From the NCBI RefSeq assembly GCF_988243305.1, contig NZ_OZ547138.1: 64,000 bases of DNA; one strand, written 5' to 3'. Source of the DNA: a plasmid. Of this stretch, positions 18,443 to 28,205 are shown piece by piece (within the stretch, counting starts at the first letter, position 1; every line of letters begins with the position of its first letter). The notes under the pieces were generated by a model, which saw only the letters and a program-made list of their open reading frames with translations, ran no database searches and had not been told where the DNA came from. Position numbers and translations under genes: made by a program.

Positions 18443-19294
18443 GTGATGAATCAGACTTTACCCACTGCTGACCTGAATACTGCCGGCACGACAGATATTA
18501 TTCCGTCTGTGGCCATCGACCGCATTATCGCGCAGCGTAACGAAGGTATTGCACTGTTCATGCAGGCGATGGAATGCCTGGCGACAGCACGCAGGATTCT
18601 GCTCGATGCTTCTGGTGACATTTTTCTCTACGGGTTTGAAGACTGCGTGACTGACTCTGTTCGATGCATGGATAAACCGGAAGAAGCAAAAAAGAATATC
18701 ACCCGTCTTGCCGACCGTAAAATCTGGGACCGCCTGATGGCGGATACGGGGATGTACACCTTCATGAGTTCATGCCAGCGTGATGAGTGGAACAGCCAGC
18801 TGATGAGCGACACCTGTCCTGAAATCACCCTGGACAATGTGCTGGCAACTTTTCGCCATCTGAATGCCAGCAAGATGCAGACATTTGAACAGAGACTGAT
18901 TGATGTCTACCGGAAATTGTCATGGGATTACAGAACCAATAATCCCTGCCGTCTGGGCAAGAAAATCATTATTGAAAACCTGCTGTACCGCTGGAGTAAC
19001 GGGCGTGTGACGCTGGACTGCAGCGGACGGGAGGCACTGGATGACCTGGTACGTCCGTTTTATCTGCTGGAGGGACGCAACGTTCCTGACTTCAGGAACA
19101 GCATCGGGGCGCAGTATGGTGAATATCTCGGGAACGGCGATAATGTCGGTAAGCTGTTAGAAGGGGAATATTTTACGGTGCGTGGCTACCAGAAAGGGAC
19201 CGTACACATTGTCTTTAAGCGTCCTGACCTTGTTGAAAAACTGAATGATATTATTGCACGGCATTATCCTGGTGCATTGCCGCCACGAGTCTGA
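18443..19294 (+). CDS. Hypothetical protein directly downstream of an ssi-like element
   Basis: 283-aa ORF with GAGGAG RBS, followed by a terminator. Confidence 0.5.
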   Translation: MMNQTLPTADLNTAGTTDIIPSVAIDRIIAQRNEGIALFMQAMECLATARRILLDASGDIFLYGFEDCVTDSVRCMDKPEEAKKNITRLADRKIWDRLMADTGMYTFMSSCQRDEWNSQLMSDTCPEITLDNVLATFRHLNASKMQTFEQRLIDVYRKLSWDYRTNNPCRLGKKIIIENLLYRWSNGRVTLDCSGREALDDLVRPFYLLEGRNVPDFRNSIGAQYGEYLGNGDNVGKLLEGEYFTVRGYQKGTVHIVFKRPDLVEKLNDIIARHYPGALPPRV

Positions 19295-19304
19295 TTAAAC
19301 AGAA

Positions 19305-19336
19305 AAGCCCTGGTATTTATGCCGGGGCTTTTTTTC
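19305..19336 (+). terminator. Rho-independent terminator candidate
   Basis: Imperfect hairpin AGCCCTGG...CCGGGGCT followed by TTTTTTT. Confidence 0.5.
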
Positions 19337-19378
19337 TGTAATCATCATAATCTCAGAACACGATGTGACATTGTCACA

Positions 19379-19714
19379 TCAATTGTTGTTCATATCGATG
19401 CCATCTTTCCTGCCTGAATCTGTCTTTTTAGGTGCTGTTTTAGAGGAAGAACGGCGGGATGGTTTTTTCGATTCTGCTTCCCGAATAATGTCGCGAAGTG
19501 CTTTCTCTCCTACTTCATACCCTGCATTTTTGAGCGTGTCACGAACATCTGCCAGTGTATAACCCTTTGTCCTTACCAGGACAATGATGTCATCACGAAT
19601 GGCATCAAGAAAATCACGCAATGTTTTCCGTTGAGCGGTGAGGTCCGGCAATTCCGATAAGGCAGCTTTTGCCAGCTGGATGTCATCATCTGAGTAAAAT
19701 TTTTTAGAAGCCAT
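19379..19714 (-). CDS. Hypothetical protein with basic Ser/Lys-rich C-terminal tail, divergent from nikA next to oriT
   Basis: ATG 19714 (MASKKFYSDDDIQ) with GAGAGA RBS; 111 aa. Confidence 0.45.
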   Translation of the reverse strand: MASKKFYSDDDIQLAKAALSELPDLTAQRKTLRDFLDAIRDDIIVLVRTKGYTLADVRDTLKNAGYEVGEKALRDIIREAESKKPSRRSSSKTAPKKTDSGRKDGIDMNNN

Positions 19715-19769
19715 TGGCACTTTCTCTCTGTTTTATGTTGAAGCCTGATTTTATCACCAAAACTGCCTC

Positions 19770-19935
19770 CTGGCAGGGCTGCGCCCTGCCTCTGCCGTCT
19801 GCATAAGACTATGATGCACAAAAATAACAGGCTATAATTGACCGAAAAACGGGACAGGATGTGGGAATGTCGGACCGCGCACGCGCACTCAGACATTCCC
19901 CACCTGGTCAGGGCTTTGCCCCGACACCCCGGTAA
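19770..19935 (-). other. oriT: Origin of transfer (oriT) region with inverted repeats; nick predicted on the minus strand
   Basis: Intergenic region immediately upstream of nikA-nikB; inverted repeats GGCAGGGC-tgc-GCCCTGCC (19783-19801) and GGAATGTC...GACATTCC (19864-19900); sequence resembles my recollection of the R64 nick region. Confidence 0.5.
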
Positions 19936-19945
19936 GGAGCAGACC

Positions 19946-20278
19946 ATGAGTGAGAAGAAAACCCGAACGGGCAGTGAGAACAGGAAGAGAATTGTAAAAT
20001 TCACGGCGAGATTCACGGAGGATGAGGCTGAAATCGTAAGAGAAAAAGCGGAGTCAAGTGGACAGACGGTTTCAACATTTATACGAAGTTCTTCACTGGA
20101 TAAGGTGGTTAACTGCCGTACTGACGACCGTATGATTGATGAGATTATGCGTCTTGGCCGCCTTCAGAAGCATCTGTTTGTGGAGGGAAAACGCACTGGT
20201 GATAAGGAGTATGCAGAGGTTCTTGTTGCCATTACTGAATATGTCAATGCTCTGCGAAGAGACTTAATGGGACGCTGA
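19946..20278 (+). CDS. nikA: Relaxosome accessory protein NikA (RHH, oriT binding)
   Basis: 110 aa MSEKKTRTGSENRKRIVKFTARFTEDEAEIV with AAGGAG RBS; directly upstream of the relaxase. Confidence 0.9.
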   Translation: MSEKKTRTGSENRKRIVKFTARFTEDEAEIVREKAESSGQTVSTFIRSSSLDKVVNCRTDDRMIDEIMRLGRLQKHLFVEGKRTGDKEYAEVLVAITEYVNALRRDLMGR

Positions 20279-20289
20279 GATAACTGCTG

Positions 20290-23001
20290 ATGAATGCCAT
20301 TATTCCGCACAAAAGACGTGACGGCAGGTCTTCCTTTGAAGACCTGATTGCGTACACGTCTGTGCGGGATGATGTGCAGGAAAATGAGCTCACAGAAGAC
20401 AGCGAAATCAAGAGTGATGTCCCTCACCGCAACCGTTTCAGACGGCTTGTTGATTATGCAACACGCCTGCGTAACGAAAAATTTGTCTCCCTGATTGATG
20501 TGATGAAGGACGGCAGTCAGTGGGTAAATTTCTATGGCGTAACCTGTTTCCATAACTGCAATTCACTGGAAACAGCTGCTGAAGAGATGCAGTACAAGGC
20601 GGACAAAGCTGTTTTTTCCCGTAATGATACAGACCCCGTTTTCCACTACATTCTTTCCTGGCCTGCGCATGAAAGCCCGCGTCCTGAGCAGCTTTTTGAC
20701 TGTGTGCGTCACACACTGAAATCTCTTGAACTCTCAAAACATCAGTACGTGGCTGCCGTTCATACGGACACGGATAATCTGCATGTGCATGTTGCCGTGA
20801 ATCGTGTACATCCTGAAACTGGTTATATTAACTGGCTTTCCTGGAGCCAGGAAAAACTCAGCCGTGCATGTCGTGAACTTGAACTTAAGCACGGATTCGC
20901 GCCTGATAATGGCTGCTTTGTGCATGCACCCGGCAACCGTATTGTGCGCAAAACAGCGCTGGTACGTGAGCGCCGTAATGCCTGGCGACGCGGGAAAAAG
21001 CAGACGTTCAGGGAATATATTGCGCAGATGTCGATTGCCGGGCTGCGTGAAGAGCCCGCACAAGACTGGTTGTCTTTGCATAAACGGCTGGCCAGTGATG
21101 GTCTGTATATCACGATGCAGGAAGGGGAACTGGTGGTGAAGGATGGCTGGGACAGAGCGCGGGAAGGTGTTGCACTCAGTTCGTTCGGACCGTCATGGAC
21201 AGCTGAAAAACTGGGGCGGAAACTGGGGGAATATCAGCCTGTACCGACAGATATTTTCAGTCAGGTGGGGACACCCGGTCGTTATGATCCGGAAGCCATA
21301 AACGTTGATATCCGGCCGGAAAAAGTGGCAGAAACGGAGAGTCTGAAACAGTACGCCTGCCGTCATTTTGCCGAACGCTTACCGGAAATGGCGAGAAATG
21401 GTGAGCTGGAAAGTTGCCTGGATGTGCACAGAACTCTGGCAAAGGCTGGATTATGGATGGGGATCCAGCACGGGCATCTGGTACTGCATGATGGATTTGA
21501 TAAACAACAGACACCAGTACGTGCAGACAGTGTGTGGCCGTTAATGACGCTGGATTATATGCAGGATCTGGATGGTGGATGGCAGCCTGTACCGAAGGAT
21601 ATTTTTACTCAGGTTATACCCGGAGAACGATTCCGGGGACGTAATCTTGGTACTCAGGCTGTCAGTGATTACGAATGGTATCGTATTCGGATGGGGACAG
21701 GTCCACAGGGAGCAATAAAGCGCGAACTGTTTTCCGATAAGGAAAGTCTGTGGGGGTACACGACTGTTCAGTGTGAGTCGTTGATTGAAGATATGATCGC
21801 GGGCGGGAATTTCAGCTGGCAGGCGTGCCATGAGATGTTTGCGCGTAAAGGGCTTATGTTGCAGAAACAGCATCATGGTCTTGTGATTGTGGATGCGTTT
21901 AATCATGAGCTCACACCAGTGAAGGCCAGCAGTATCCACCCGGATTTGACGTTATCCAGGGCTGAGCCGCAGGCAGGGCCATTTGAGATTGCAGGTGCAG
22001 ATATATTTGAACGGGTGAAGCCTGAATGTCGCTACAATCCGGAACTTGCTGCCAGCGATGAAGTGGAGCTCGGCTTCCGGCGCGATCCTGTACTGCGTCG
22101 TGAACGCCGTGAAGCCCGTGCAGCTGCGCGGGAAGATTTGCGCGCGCGTTATCTTGCATGGAAGGAGCACTGGCGTAAACCCGACTTACGTTACGGAGAA
22201 CGGTTACGGGAAATTCATGCTGCCTGCCGTCGGCGCAAGGCGTATATCCGTGTGCAGTTCCGGGATCCACAATTGCGTAAGCTGCATTACCATATTGCAG
22301 AAGTGCAGCGTATGCAGGCGCTGATCAGGCTGAAGGAGAGTGTGAAGGAAGAGCGGTTGTCACTGATTGCGGAGGGTAAGTGGTATCCTTTGTCCTACCG
22401 GCAGTGGGTGGAGCAACAGGCGGTACAGGGAGACAGAGCTGCATTATCACAGTTACGTGGCTGGGATTATCGTGATCGTCGCAAAGACAAGCGACGAACA
22501 ACGAATGCCGACCGCTGCGTGATTCTCTGTGAACCGGGAGGAACTCCACTTTATGAAGACACTGGCGTTCTCGAAGCCCGTCTGCAGAAAGATGGCAGTG
22601 TGCGTTTTCGTGATCGGAGGAATGGCGAGTTAGTCTGTGTGGATTATGGGGACCGTGTGGTGTTCTACCATCATCAGGACAGAAATGAACTGGTGGATAA
22701 GCTGAATCTGATTGCTCCTGTATTGTTTGATCGTGAGCCAAGAATGGGTTTTGAACCGGAAGGCTCATATCAACAGTTTAATGATGTATTTGCGGAAATG
22801 GTGGCCTGGCATAATGCAGCTGGAATAACCGGAAGTGGACACTTTGTAATCAGCCGCCCGGATGTGGATTTACATCGTCAGCGTAGTGAACAGTACTACC
22901 ACGAATATATCAGGCAACAGAAAAGCATATCCGGGGGGCATGGCGCATCTTATGCTCCAGTTCAGGATAATGAGTGGACGCCACCATCACCTGGAATGTA
23001 G
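20290..23001 (+). CDS. nikB: MOBP-family relaxase NikB
   Basis: 903-aa ORF with relaxase histidine motif HVHVAVNRVHPETG; nikA-nikB organisation typical of IncI-complex plasmids. Confidence 0.9.
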   Translation: MNAIIPHKRRDGRSSFEDLIAYTSVRDDVQENELTEDSEIKSDVPHRNRFRRLVDYATRLRNEKFVSLIDVMKDGSQWVNFYGVTCFHNCNSLETAAEEMQYKADKAVFSRNDTDPVFHYILSWPAHESPRPEQLFDCVRHTLKSLELSKHQYVAAVHTDTDNLHVHVAVNRVHPETGYINWLSWSQEKLSRACRELELKHGFAPDNGCFVHAPGNRIVRKTALVRERRNAWRRGKKQTFREYIAQMSIAGLREEPAQDWLSLHKRLASDGLYITMQEGELVVKDGWDRAREGVALSSFGPSWTAEKLGRKLGEYQPVPTDIFSQVGTPGRYDPEAINVDIRPEKVAETESLKQYACRHFAERLPEMARNGELESCLDVHRTLAKAGLWMGIQHGHLVLHDGFDKQQTPVRADSVWPLMTLDYMQDLDGGWQPVPKDIFTQVIPGERFRGRNLGTQAVSDYEWYRIRMGTGPQGAIKRELFSDKESLWGYTTVQCESLIEDMIAGGNFSWQACHEMFARKGLMLQKQHHGLVIVDAFNHELTPVKASSIHPDLTLSRAEPQAGPFEIAGADIFERVKPECRYNPELAASDEVELGFRRDPVLRRERREARAAAREDLRARYLAWKEHWRKPDLRYGERLREIHAACRRRKAYIRVQFRDPQLRKLHYHIAEVQRMQALIRLKESVKEERLSLIAEGKWYPLSYRQWVEQQAVQGDRAALSQLRGWDYRDRRKDKRRTTNADRCVILCEPGGTPLYEDTGVLEARLQKDGSVRFRDRRNGELVCVDYGDRVVFYHHQDRNELVDKLNLIAPVLFDREPRMGFEPEGSYQQFNDVFAEMVAWHNAAGITGSGHFVISRPDVDLHRQRSEQYYHEYIRQQKSISGGHGASYAPVQDNEWTPPSPGM

Positions 23002-23021
23002 GGATGAGGAGTGGATATTAA

Positions 23022-23055
23022 AAATCTTAACTTGTATTAGTTAAGATTTTCTTTG
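23022..23055 (+). terminator. Rho-independent terminator after nikB
   Basis: Perfect 11-bp inverted repeat AAATCTTAACT-tgtatt-AGTTAAGATTT followed by a T-rich tract. Confidence 0.55.
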
Positions 23056-23104
23056 CTCTGACAGAGCTATGGTACTGAGATCTATATGGATTGAGGAGCA
23101 ATAT

Positions 23105-23500
23105 ATGGGGGTAAAGAAAATCGTTATGCTGGCTATTTTAGTCAGCTTTGTGGCGGGATGTGCGCCATTACATCCTTCAAATTGCCATAAAACTACAGCC
23201 CTGGGTAGTTGCAGTTCAGGACGTTGGGATGATCAGGATGAATGGGGGGAGCAAGCACGGGGAATCAGGGATGCAATTAATGCTAAACTTGATGATCCGC
23301 AAAAATGGAAAAGGAAAAAATGCAGGTTGCATATGGAATTCTCCCGGGATGGCACGGCGTTAAAAATATCAACCAGTAATGGCGATAAAGCCTATTGCGA
23401 AGCGATAAAGTCAGCAGCCCATAAAGCTAAATTCCCGGCCTTCAACAATCCGGAAGTTTATAGAGATTTTCAAAAATCCGGCTTTGACATGCGCGGTTAG
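23105..23500 (+). CDS. Putative lipoprotein
   Basis: Internal start MGVKKIVMLAILVSFVAGC gives a signal peptide with lipobox VAGC. Confidence 0.55.
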   Translation: MGVKKIVMLAILVSFVAGCAPLHPSNCHKTTALGSCSSGRWDDQDEWGEQARGIRDAINAKLDDPQKWKRKKCRLHMEFSRDGTALKISTSNGDKAYCEAIKSAAHKAKFPAFNNPEVYRDFQKSGFDMRG

Positions 23501-23785
23501 CTCCACGACATATCTGTAGGGCTAACAGAAGACTGTCAGGTTGGCTGATTACTACACTGGAACCTGAGGTACTTTGCCTCAGGTTATGTTGACATACTCA
23601 AAAATAGATTCTTACATTATCCCGGTAACGGCGTCCTTCATCGGCCTGCCAGTTACCATCAATGGTATTGGTACCCTCGTTCTTTCTGTCTGTGATGTTA
23701 ATAAGGGCAAAATTAATCAGCATGTCTGGCAGGAATGATTCCGCGTCTGGCACAGCCAGGCACCTGATGGCATGAAATGCCGCTA

Positions 23786-23812
23786 AGCCCGCGTAATTGC
23801 GGGCTTTTTTTT
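23786..23812 (+). terminator. Strong orphan rho-independent terminator hairpin (possible small-RNA 3' end)
   Basis: AGCCCGC-gtaatt-GCGGGCT followed by eight T; no protein gene ends nearby on this strand. Confidence 0.4.
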
Positions 23813-24042
23813 GTTTGTGTTTGGCACGATCTGGCAACGGGAGGAAGCGCCAAGCACCGTTTGAGCATGGCATTAAAGCTGGTATTATGGTTTGGCGATG
23901 CCATGATTGATGCCGATACCATGCTGCGTTCTTTTGTGTGTTCATGGTATTAATATTCTATAAGTTACTGTTTCGTAAGAAAAAATACGATAAATTCGAG
24001 ATTTTTTCAGCATGGTATCGGAGACGAAGAAGGACAAGGTAC

Positions 24043-24591
24043 ATGCTGACCGATACCAAGCTGCGCAATCTCAAGCCCAGGGACAAACTCTACAAAGTGA
24101 ATGACCGGGAAGGTCTCTATGTGGCAGTGACTCCAGCCGGCTCCATCTCGTTCCGTTACAACTACTCAATCAACGGTCGGCAGGAGACCATCACCTTTGG
24201 GCGTTATGGTGTCGGTGGCATCACCCTGGCCGAAGCCCGCGAGCTGTTGGGTGACGCCAAGAAGATGGTTGCGGCGGGCAAGTCGCCGGCCAAGGAGAAA
24301 GCCCGAGACAAGGCGCGGGTGAAAGATGCAGAGACGTTCGGTGCCTGGGCGGAGAAGTGGCTGCGTGGCTACCAGATGGCCGACTCCACCCGCGATATGC
24401 GCCGCTCGGTTTATGAGCGTGAGCTGAAGCCGAAATTCAGCAATCAGAAGCTGGTGGAGATCACCCACGAAGACTTGCGGGCGCTGGCTGATGCCATTGT
24501 TGAGCGAGGCGCACCGGCCACCGCCGTTCATGTGCGTGAAATCGTGTTGCAGGTATTTCGCTGGGCCATCGAGCGTGGGCAGAAGGTCGAA
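24043..24591 (+). pseudogene. int: N-terminal fragment of a P4-like tyrosine integrase, truncated by IS26
   Basis: MLTDTKLRNLKPRDKLYKVNDREGLYVAVTPAGSISFRYNY is a typical integrase arm-binding N-terminus; the frame runs into the IS26 terminal repeat at 24592. Confidence 0.6.
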
Positions 24592-25411
24592 GGCACTGTT
24601 GCAAATAGTCGGTGGTGATAAACTTATCATCCCCTTTTGCTGATGGAGCTGCACATGAACCCATTCAAAGGCCGGCATTTTCAGCGTGACATCATTCTGT
24701 GGGCCGTACGCTGGTACTGCAAATACGGCATCAGTTACCGTGAGCTGCAGGAGATGCTGGCTGAACGCGGAGTGAATGTCGATCACTCCACGATTTACCG
24801 CTGGGTTCAGCGTTATGCGCCTGAAATGGAAAAACGGCTGCGCTGGTACTGGCGTAACCCTTCCGATCTTTGCCCGTGGCACATGGATGAAACCTACGTG
24901 AAGGTCAATGGCCGCTGGGCGTATCTGTACCGGGCCGTCGACAGCCGGGGCCGCACTGTCGATTTTTATCTCTCCTCCCGTCGTAACAGCAAAGCTGCAT
25001 ACCGGTTTCTGGGTAAAATCCTCAACAACGTGAAGAAGTGGCAGATCCCGCGATTCATCAACACGGATAAAGCGCCCGCCTATGGTCGCGCGCTTGCTCT
25101 GCTCAAACGCGAAGGCCGGTGCCCGTCTGACGTTGAACACCGACAGATTAAGTACCGGAACAACGTGATTGAATGCGATCATGGCAAACTGAAACGGATA
25201 ATCGGCGCCACGCTGGGATTTAAATCCATGAAGACGGCTTACGCCACCATCAAAGGTATTGAGGTGATGCGTGCACTACGCAAAGGCCAGGCCTCAGCAT
25301 TTTATTATGGTGATCCCCTGGGCGAAATGCGCCTGGTAAGCAGAGTTTTTGAAATGTAAGGCCTTTGAATAAGACAAAAGGCTGCCTCATCGCTAACTTT
25401 GCAACAGTGCC
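24592..25411 (+). mobile_element. IS26: IS26 (820 bp) copy 1
   Basis: 14-bp terminal inverted repeats GGCACTGTTGCAAA (24592) and TTTGCAACAGTGCC (25411); no 8-bp target duplication. Confidence 0.95.
24655..25359 (+). CDS. tnpA: IS26 transposase Tnp26
   Basis: 234 aa MNPFKGRHFQRDIILWAVRWYCKYGISYRELQEM. Confidence 0.95.
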   Translation: MNPFKGRHFQRDIILWAVRWYCKYGISYRELQEMLAERGVNVDHSTIYRWVQRYAPEMEKRLRWYWRNPSDLCPWHMDETYVKVNGRWAYLYRAVDSRGRTVDFYLSSRRNSKAAYRFLGKILNNVKKWQIPRFINTDKAPAYGRALALLKREGRCPSDVEHRQIKYRNNVIECDHGKLKRIIGATLGFKSMKTAYATIKGIEVMRALRKGQASAFYYGDPLGEMRLVSRVFEM

Positions 25412-25480
25412 GGATTGAATATAACCGACGTGACTGTTACATTTAGGTGGCTAAACCCGTCAAGCCCTCAGGAGTGAATC

Positions 25481-26386
25481 ATGACCGTAGTCACGACCGC
25501 CGATACCTCCCAACTGTACGCACTTGCAGCCCGACATGGGCTCAAGCTCCATGGCCCGCTGACTGTCAATGAGCTTGGGCTCGACTATAGGATCGTGATC
25601 GCCACCGTCGACGATGGACGTCGGTGGGTGCTGCGCATCCCGCGCCGAGCCGAGGTAAGCGCGAAGGTCGAACCAGAGGCGCGGGTGCTGGCAATGCTCA
25701 AGAATCGCCTGCCGTTCGCGGTGCCGGACTGGCGCGTGGCCAACGCCGAGCTCGTTGCCTATCCCATGCTCGAAGACTCGACTGCGATGGTCATCCAGCC
25801 TGGTTCGTCCACGCCCGACTGGGTCGTGCCGCAGGACTCGGAGGTCTTCGCGGAGAGCTTCGCGACCGCGCTCGCCGCCCTGCATGCCGTCCCCATTTCC
25901 GCCGCCGTGGATGCGGGGATGCTCATCCGTACACCGACGCAGGCCCGTCAGAAGGTGGCCGACGACGTTGACCGCGTCCGACGCGAGTTCGTGGTGAACG
26001 ACAAGCGCCTCCACCGGTGGCAGCGCTGGCTCGACGACGATTCGTCGTGGCCAGATTTCTCCGTGGTGGTGCATGGCGATCTCTACGTGGGCCATGTGCT
26101 CATCGACAACACGGAGCGCGTCAGCGGGATGATCGACTGGAGCGAGGCCCGCGTTGATGACCCTGCCATCGACATGGCCGCGCACCTTATGGTCTTTGGT
26201 GAAGAGGGGCTCGCGAAGCTCCTCCTCACGTATGAAGCGGCCGGTGGCCGGGTGTGGCCGCGGCTCGCCCACCACATCGCGGAGCGCCTTGCGTTCGGGG
26301 CGGTCACCTACGCACTCTTCGCCCTCGACTCGGGTAACGAAGAGTACCTCGCTGCGGCGAAGGCGCAGCTCGCCGCAGCGGAATGA
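25481..26386 (+). CDS. mph(A): Macrolide 2'-phosphotransferase Mph(A)
   Basis: 301 aa MTVVTTADTSQLYALAARHGLKLHG; part of the canonical IS26-mph(A)-mrx-mphR(A)-IS6100 module. Confidence 0.95.
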   Translation: MTVVTTADTSQLYALAARHGLKLHGPLTVNELGLDYRIVIATVDDGRRWVLRIPRRAEVSAKVEPEARVLAMLKNRLPFAVPDWRVANAELVAYPMLEDSTAMVIQPGSSTPDWVVPQDSEVFAESFATALAALHAVPISAAVDAGMLIRTPTQARQKVADDVDRVRREFVVNDKRLHRWQRWLDDDSSWPDFSVVVHGDLYVGHVLIDNTERVSGMIDWSEARVDDPAIDMAAHLMVFGEEGLAKLLLTYEAAGGRVWPRLAHHIAERLAFGAVTYALFALDSGNEEYLAAAKAQLAAAE

Positions 26387-27621
26387 GCGAACGTCGATAT
26401 AGCCCGCTCGCGACGCTGTTCGCGGCGACCTTTCTCTTCCGGATCGGCAACGCGGTGGCGGCCCTCGCGCTTCCATGGTTCGTCCTGTCTCATACAAAGA
26501 GCGCGGCCTGGGCGGGCGCCACGGCCGCTAGCAGCGTCATCGCGACCATCATCGGCGCGTGGGTTGGTGGTGGCCTCGTCGATCGGTTCGGGCGCGCGCC
26601 CGTCGCATTGATCTCGGGTGTGGTGGGCGGCGTGGCCATGGCGAGCATCCCACTGCTCGATGCCGTTGGCGCCCTCTCGAACACTGGGCTGATCGCTTGC
26701 GTGGTGCTCGGTGCCGCGTTCGACGCACCCGGTATGGCCGCGCAGGACAGTGAGCTGCCCAAACTCGGCCACGTCGCCGGGCTCTCCGTTGAGCGCGTCT
26801 CGTCACTGAAAGCGGTGATCGGGAACGTCGCGATTCTAGGTGGCCCGGCCCTTGGGGGGGCCGCAATCGGCCTGCTTGGCGCTGCGCCAACGCTCGGGCT
26901 GACGGCGTTCTGCTCCGTCCTTGCAGGTCTGCTCGGCGCGTGGGTGCTTCCCGCGCGTGCCGCTCGGACGATGACCACGACGGCGACTCTCTCCATGCGC
27001 GCCGGCGTCGCTTTTCTCTGGAGCGAACCCCTGCTGCGCCCTCTCTTTGGTATAGTGATGATCTTCGTGGGCATCGTTGGCGCCAACGGCAGCGTCATCA
27101 TGCCTGCGCTGTTTGTAGATGCAGGACGCCAAGTAGCAGAGCTCGGGCTGTTCTCCTCAATGATGGGGGCTGGTGGTCTCCTTGGCATTGCCATTCATGC
27201 GTCGGTCGGCGCCCGGATATCAGCGCAGAACTGGCTGGCGGTGGCATTTTGTGGCTCTGCGGTGGGCTCGCTTCTGCTTTCACAGTTGCCAGGCGTGCCG
27301 GTGCTGATGTTGTTGGGCGCGCTCGTGGGACTGCTGACCGGCTCAGTCTCTCCCATTCTCAACGCTGCCATCTACAACCGCACGCCGCCAGAACTTCTCG
27401 GCCGGGTACTCGGCACGGTCTCGGCGGTGATGCTGTCAGCCTCGCCCATGGTTATGCTTGCGGCCGGCGCGTTTGTCGACCTTGCTGGTCCGCTCCCTGG
27501 CCTCGTTGTATCGGCCGTGTTTGCGGGGCTCGTGGCTCTACTCTCGCTCCGTCTTCAATTTGCTACAATGGCGGCGGCAGCCACAGCCTCCGCCCCAACC
27601 CATACAGAAGGTGAACACTGA
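26383..27621 (+). CDS. mrx: MFS-type membrane protein Mrx
   Basis: 412-aa polytopic membrane protein; start overlaps the mph(A) stop. Confidence 0.9.
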   Translation: MSERRYSPLATLFAATFLFRIGNAVAALALPWFVLSHTKSAAWAGATAASSVIATIIGAWVGGGLVDRFGRAPVALISGVVGGVAMASIPLLDAVGALSNTGLIACVVLGAAFDAPGMAAQDSELPKLGHVAGLSVERVSSLKAVIGNVAILGGPALGGAAIGLLGAAPTLGLTAFCSVLAGLLGAWVLPARAARTMTTTATLSMRAGVAFLWSEPLLRPLFGIVMIFVGIVGANGSVIMPALFVDAGRQVAELGLFSSMMGAGGLLGIAIHASVGARISAQNWLAVAFCGSAVGSLLLSQLPGVPVLMLLGALVGLLTGSVSPILNAAIYNRTPPELLGRVLGTVSAVMLSASPMVMLAAGAFVDLAGPLPGLVVSAVFAGLVALLSLRLQFATMAAAATASAPTHTEGEH

Positions 27622-28205
27622 TGCCCCGCCCCAAGCTCAAGTCCGATGACGAGGTACTCGAGGCCGCCACCGTAGTGCTGAAGCGTTGCGGTCCCATAGA
27701 GTTCACGCTCAGCGGAGTAGCAAAGGAGGTGGGGCTCTCCCGCGCAGCGTTAATCCAGCGCTTCACCAACCGCGATACGCTGCTGGTGAGGATGATGGAG
27801 CGCGGCGTCGAGCAGGTGCGGCATTACCTGAATGCGATACCGATAGGCGCAGGGCCGCAAGGGCTCTGGGAATTTTTGCAGGTGCTCGTTCGGAGCATGA
27901 ACACTCGCAACGACTTCTCGGTGAACTATCTCATCTCCTGGTACGAGCTCCAGGTGCCGGAGCTACGCACGCTTGCGATCCAGCGGAACCGCGCGGTGGT
28001 GGAGGGGATCCGCAAGCGACTGCCCCCAGGTGCTCCTGCGGCAGCTGAGTTGCTCCTGCACTCGGTCATCGCTGGCGCGACGATGCAGTGGGCCGTCGAT
28101 CCGGATGGTGAGCTAGCTGATCATGTGCTGGCTCAGATCGCTGCCATCCTGTGTTTAATGTTTCCCGAACACGACGATTTCCAACTCCTCCAGGCACATG
28201 CGTAA
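27621..28205 (+). CDS. mphR(A): TetR-family repressor MphR(A)
   Basis: 194 aa with N-terminal HTH; start overlaps the mrx stop. Confidence 0.9.
   Translation: MPRPKLKSDDEVLEAATVVLKRCGPIEFTLSGVAKEVGLSRAALIQRFTNRDTLLVRMMERGVEQVRHYLNAIPIGAGPQGLWEFLQVLVRSMNTRNDFSVNYLISWYELQVPELRTLAIQRNRAVVEGIRKRLPPGAPAAAELLLHSVIAGATMQWAVDPDGELADHVLAQIAAILCLMFPEHDDFQLLQAHA

Noticed and set aside
23598-23945. ORF 23598-23945 (-), 115 aa
   Set aside because: No RBS, overlaps the orphan terminator hairpin and the att-like repeat region; more likely noncoding or a remnant.
25460-27194. Antisense ORFs across mph(A)/mrx (25460-26497 (-), 26490-27194 (-) and others)
   Set aside because: Opposite-strand frames within high-GC resistance genes with well-established coding strands.
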